The position numbers and the translations under genes are program-made. Of a stretch of 64,000 nt of DNA, positions 62,335-64,000 are shown piece by piece (within the stretch, counting starts at the first letter, position 1; each line of letters opens with the position of its first letter). The stretch is from Mobula hypostoma (lineage: Eukaryota). Below the pieces are notes generated by a model. It searched no databases, had not been told where the DNA came from, and saw nothing but the letters and a program-made list of their open reading frames with translations. The stretch is taken from NCBI RefSeq assembly GCF_963921235.1, contig NC_086097.1, positions 156,428,001 to 156,492,000 on the forward strand, given 5' to 3'.

Positions 62335-64000
62335 GAATTAATATTGGGTAATATGAACATGGCCAAGGCCTTGAGCAACTATTTTGTGTCGGGCTTCACA
62401 GCCAACATGCCTGAAAGAGATGGTATGGATGTGATGACAGATGAGGATCTTGTTACAATTGTTGTTACCGAAGAGGAGCTGATGAGCAAACTAATGGCAT
62501 AAAGGTAAACGAGTTCCCTGGTGCTGATGAGATGCATTCCAGGGTACTGAAAGAAATGGCGGAAGCTATAGCAGAAGCACCTGTGGTAATTTAACAAAAA
62601 TTCTCTGGACTCTGGGCAGGCCCTGGTGGATTGGAAGACAGCGAATGTCAAATAACTGTATTAAAAAAAAAGAATGTAGTCAAAAGACAGGAAACTATAG
62701 GCTAGTTAGTTTAAAGTCTTCAGTCAGGAAAATGTTTGAAGCTATCCTTAAGAAAGAATTAGTGAGGTATCGGGATATAAGTGGTCCCATCAGCAGATAT
62801 GGCATGAGTTCATGAAGAGCAGGTCCTGCTTGATAAAATTACTGGTGTTCTTTGAGAATTTGATGTGTGCATTGGAGAGATGTGAATGGGTGGATTTCAT
62901 AGATTCAGATTTTCAGAAAGCATTTAATAAGTTGTCATATAGAAAGGCATCCATAAGATAAGGGTGCATCGTGTTGGGGTAATGTATTCGCATGGATATA
63001 AGGTTTGCTAACCAATAGAAAACAGAGGTTTGAGATACATGTATGGTTGGCAATCAGAGGTGCATGGGGTGCTGCAGGGGCTGGTGCTGGGCCTGCACCT
63101 TTTCATGAGATACATTGTCGATTGGAAGATGCAACATCGTATGGACTACCTAAGTTTGCTAAGTACACTAAAGTGAATGGAAAAGCAAATTGCATAGAGG
63201 ACGTGGAGAGTCTGCAGAAAATTATAGATAGGGCGGTATCTGGGAGATGGAGTACAACACAGGTAAATGTGCAGTAACCCACAATGGAAGGAAAAATAAA
63301 ATGTAAAATTATTATTTAAATTGTAAAAGATTGCAGCATGCTTTTGCACAGAGGGATTTGAAAGTATTTGTGCATGAATCACAAGAAGTTAGTTTGCAAG
63401 TGCAACAGGTTATCAGGAAGGCAAATGGAATGTTGACCTTCATTGCTAGAAGGATTGAATTTAAGAGTGGGAAGATAGTGCAGATGAGAATGCATCTGGA
63501 TTACCGGTTGCAGTTCTGTTCTCCTTAACTGAAGAATAATTACATGCTTTGGAGTCAGTGCGGAAGAGGTTTACCAGGTTAGTTCTGGAAATGCAGAGGT
63601 TACTCTATGAAAAGCAATTGAGTCGCCTGGGACTATACTTGCTGGAATTCAGAAGAATGAGAGGGGATCCTCTAGAAACATATAAAATTATGAAATTGTT
63701 AGCTAAGACAGAGGCAGAAGAGTTCTTTCCAATGGCAAGTGAGATTGGAACAAGCGGACATACTGTAGTCTCAAGATTTGTGGTAATGCTTTTAGGATGG
63801 AGATGAGGAGAAACTTCTTTTCCTAGAGAGTAGTGAATCTATGAAATCCTCTGTCTAGAAAGCAGTAGCGGCTACCTCATTAAACATATTAAAAGCACAG
63901 TTTGATACAGTTTGATTTTTGCGCAGCAGGAGAATTAAGGGCTATGATAAAAGGCAGGTAGGTGCGGCTGACTCTACAGCCAAAACATCCATCCATGATC
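62335..64000 (+). mobile_element. Old CR1 LINE, running to the window end
   Basis: VLKEMAE, DWKTANV, DFQKAF, QVQQVIRKANGML, LEFRRMRGD fragments. Confidence 0.88.

Noticed and set aside
1..64000. Prokaryotic RT systems (retron, DGR, CRISPR-RT, group II intron)
   Set aside because: All RTs carry eukaryotic LINE/LTR signatures with microsatellite tails and nesting; there is no operon structure.

Overview
Repeat-dominated eukaryotic genomic DNA with no recognisable host protein-coding exon, rRNA or tRNA gene, so it is probably intergenic or deep intronic. The repeat set (CR1, Rex1/Babar, RTE, Tx1, R4, L2, Penelope termini, V-SINE- and Deu-SINE-like SINEs) resembles a cartilaginous fish, probably a ray; this is an inference. 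Nearly all long ORFs in the track are LINE reverse-transcriptase/endonuclease fragments or their antisense shadows. The most notable element is a 4.8 kb Gmr1-like Gypsy LTR element (48551-53370, minus strand). It has ~97% identical LTRs, a perfect tRNA-Pro PBS, a PPT and a SCAN-like gag-protease, but pol is reduced to a mosaic of IN, RT and RNaseH scraps, so it looks like a non-autonomous 'gag-pro' family. Also present: two Chapaev3-type DNA transposon derivatives with TWA target duplications, a decayed Tx1 ORF1 (ZCCHC3-like), an R4/Dong-like RT fragment, an unclassified solo LTR, Penelope termini with degenerate hammerhead-ribozyme cores, a twin-priming-like inverted Rex1 copy and several multi-level nested insertions. 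Family names come from recalled motifs, not database searches, and boundaries of old elements are approximate.
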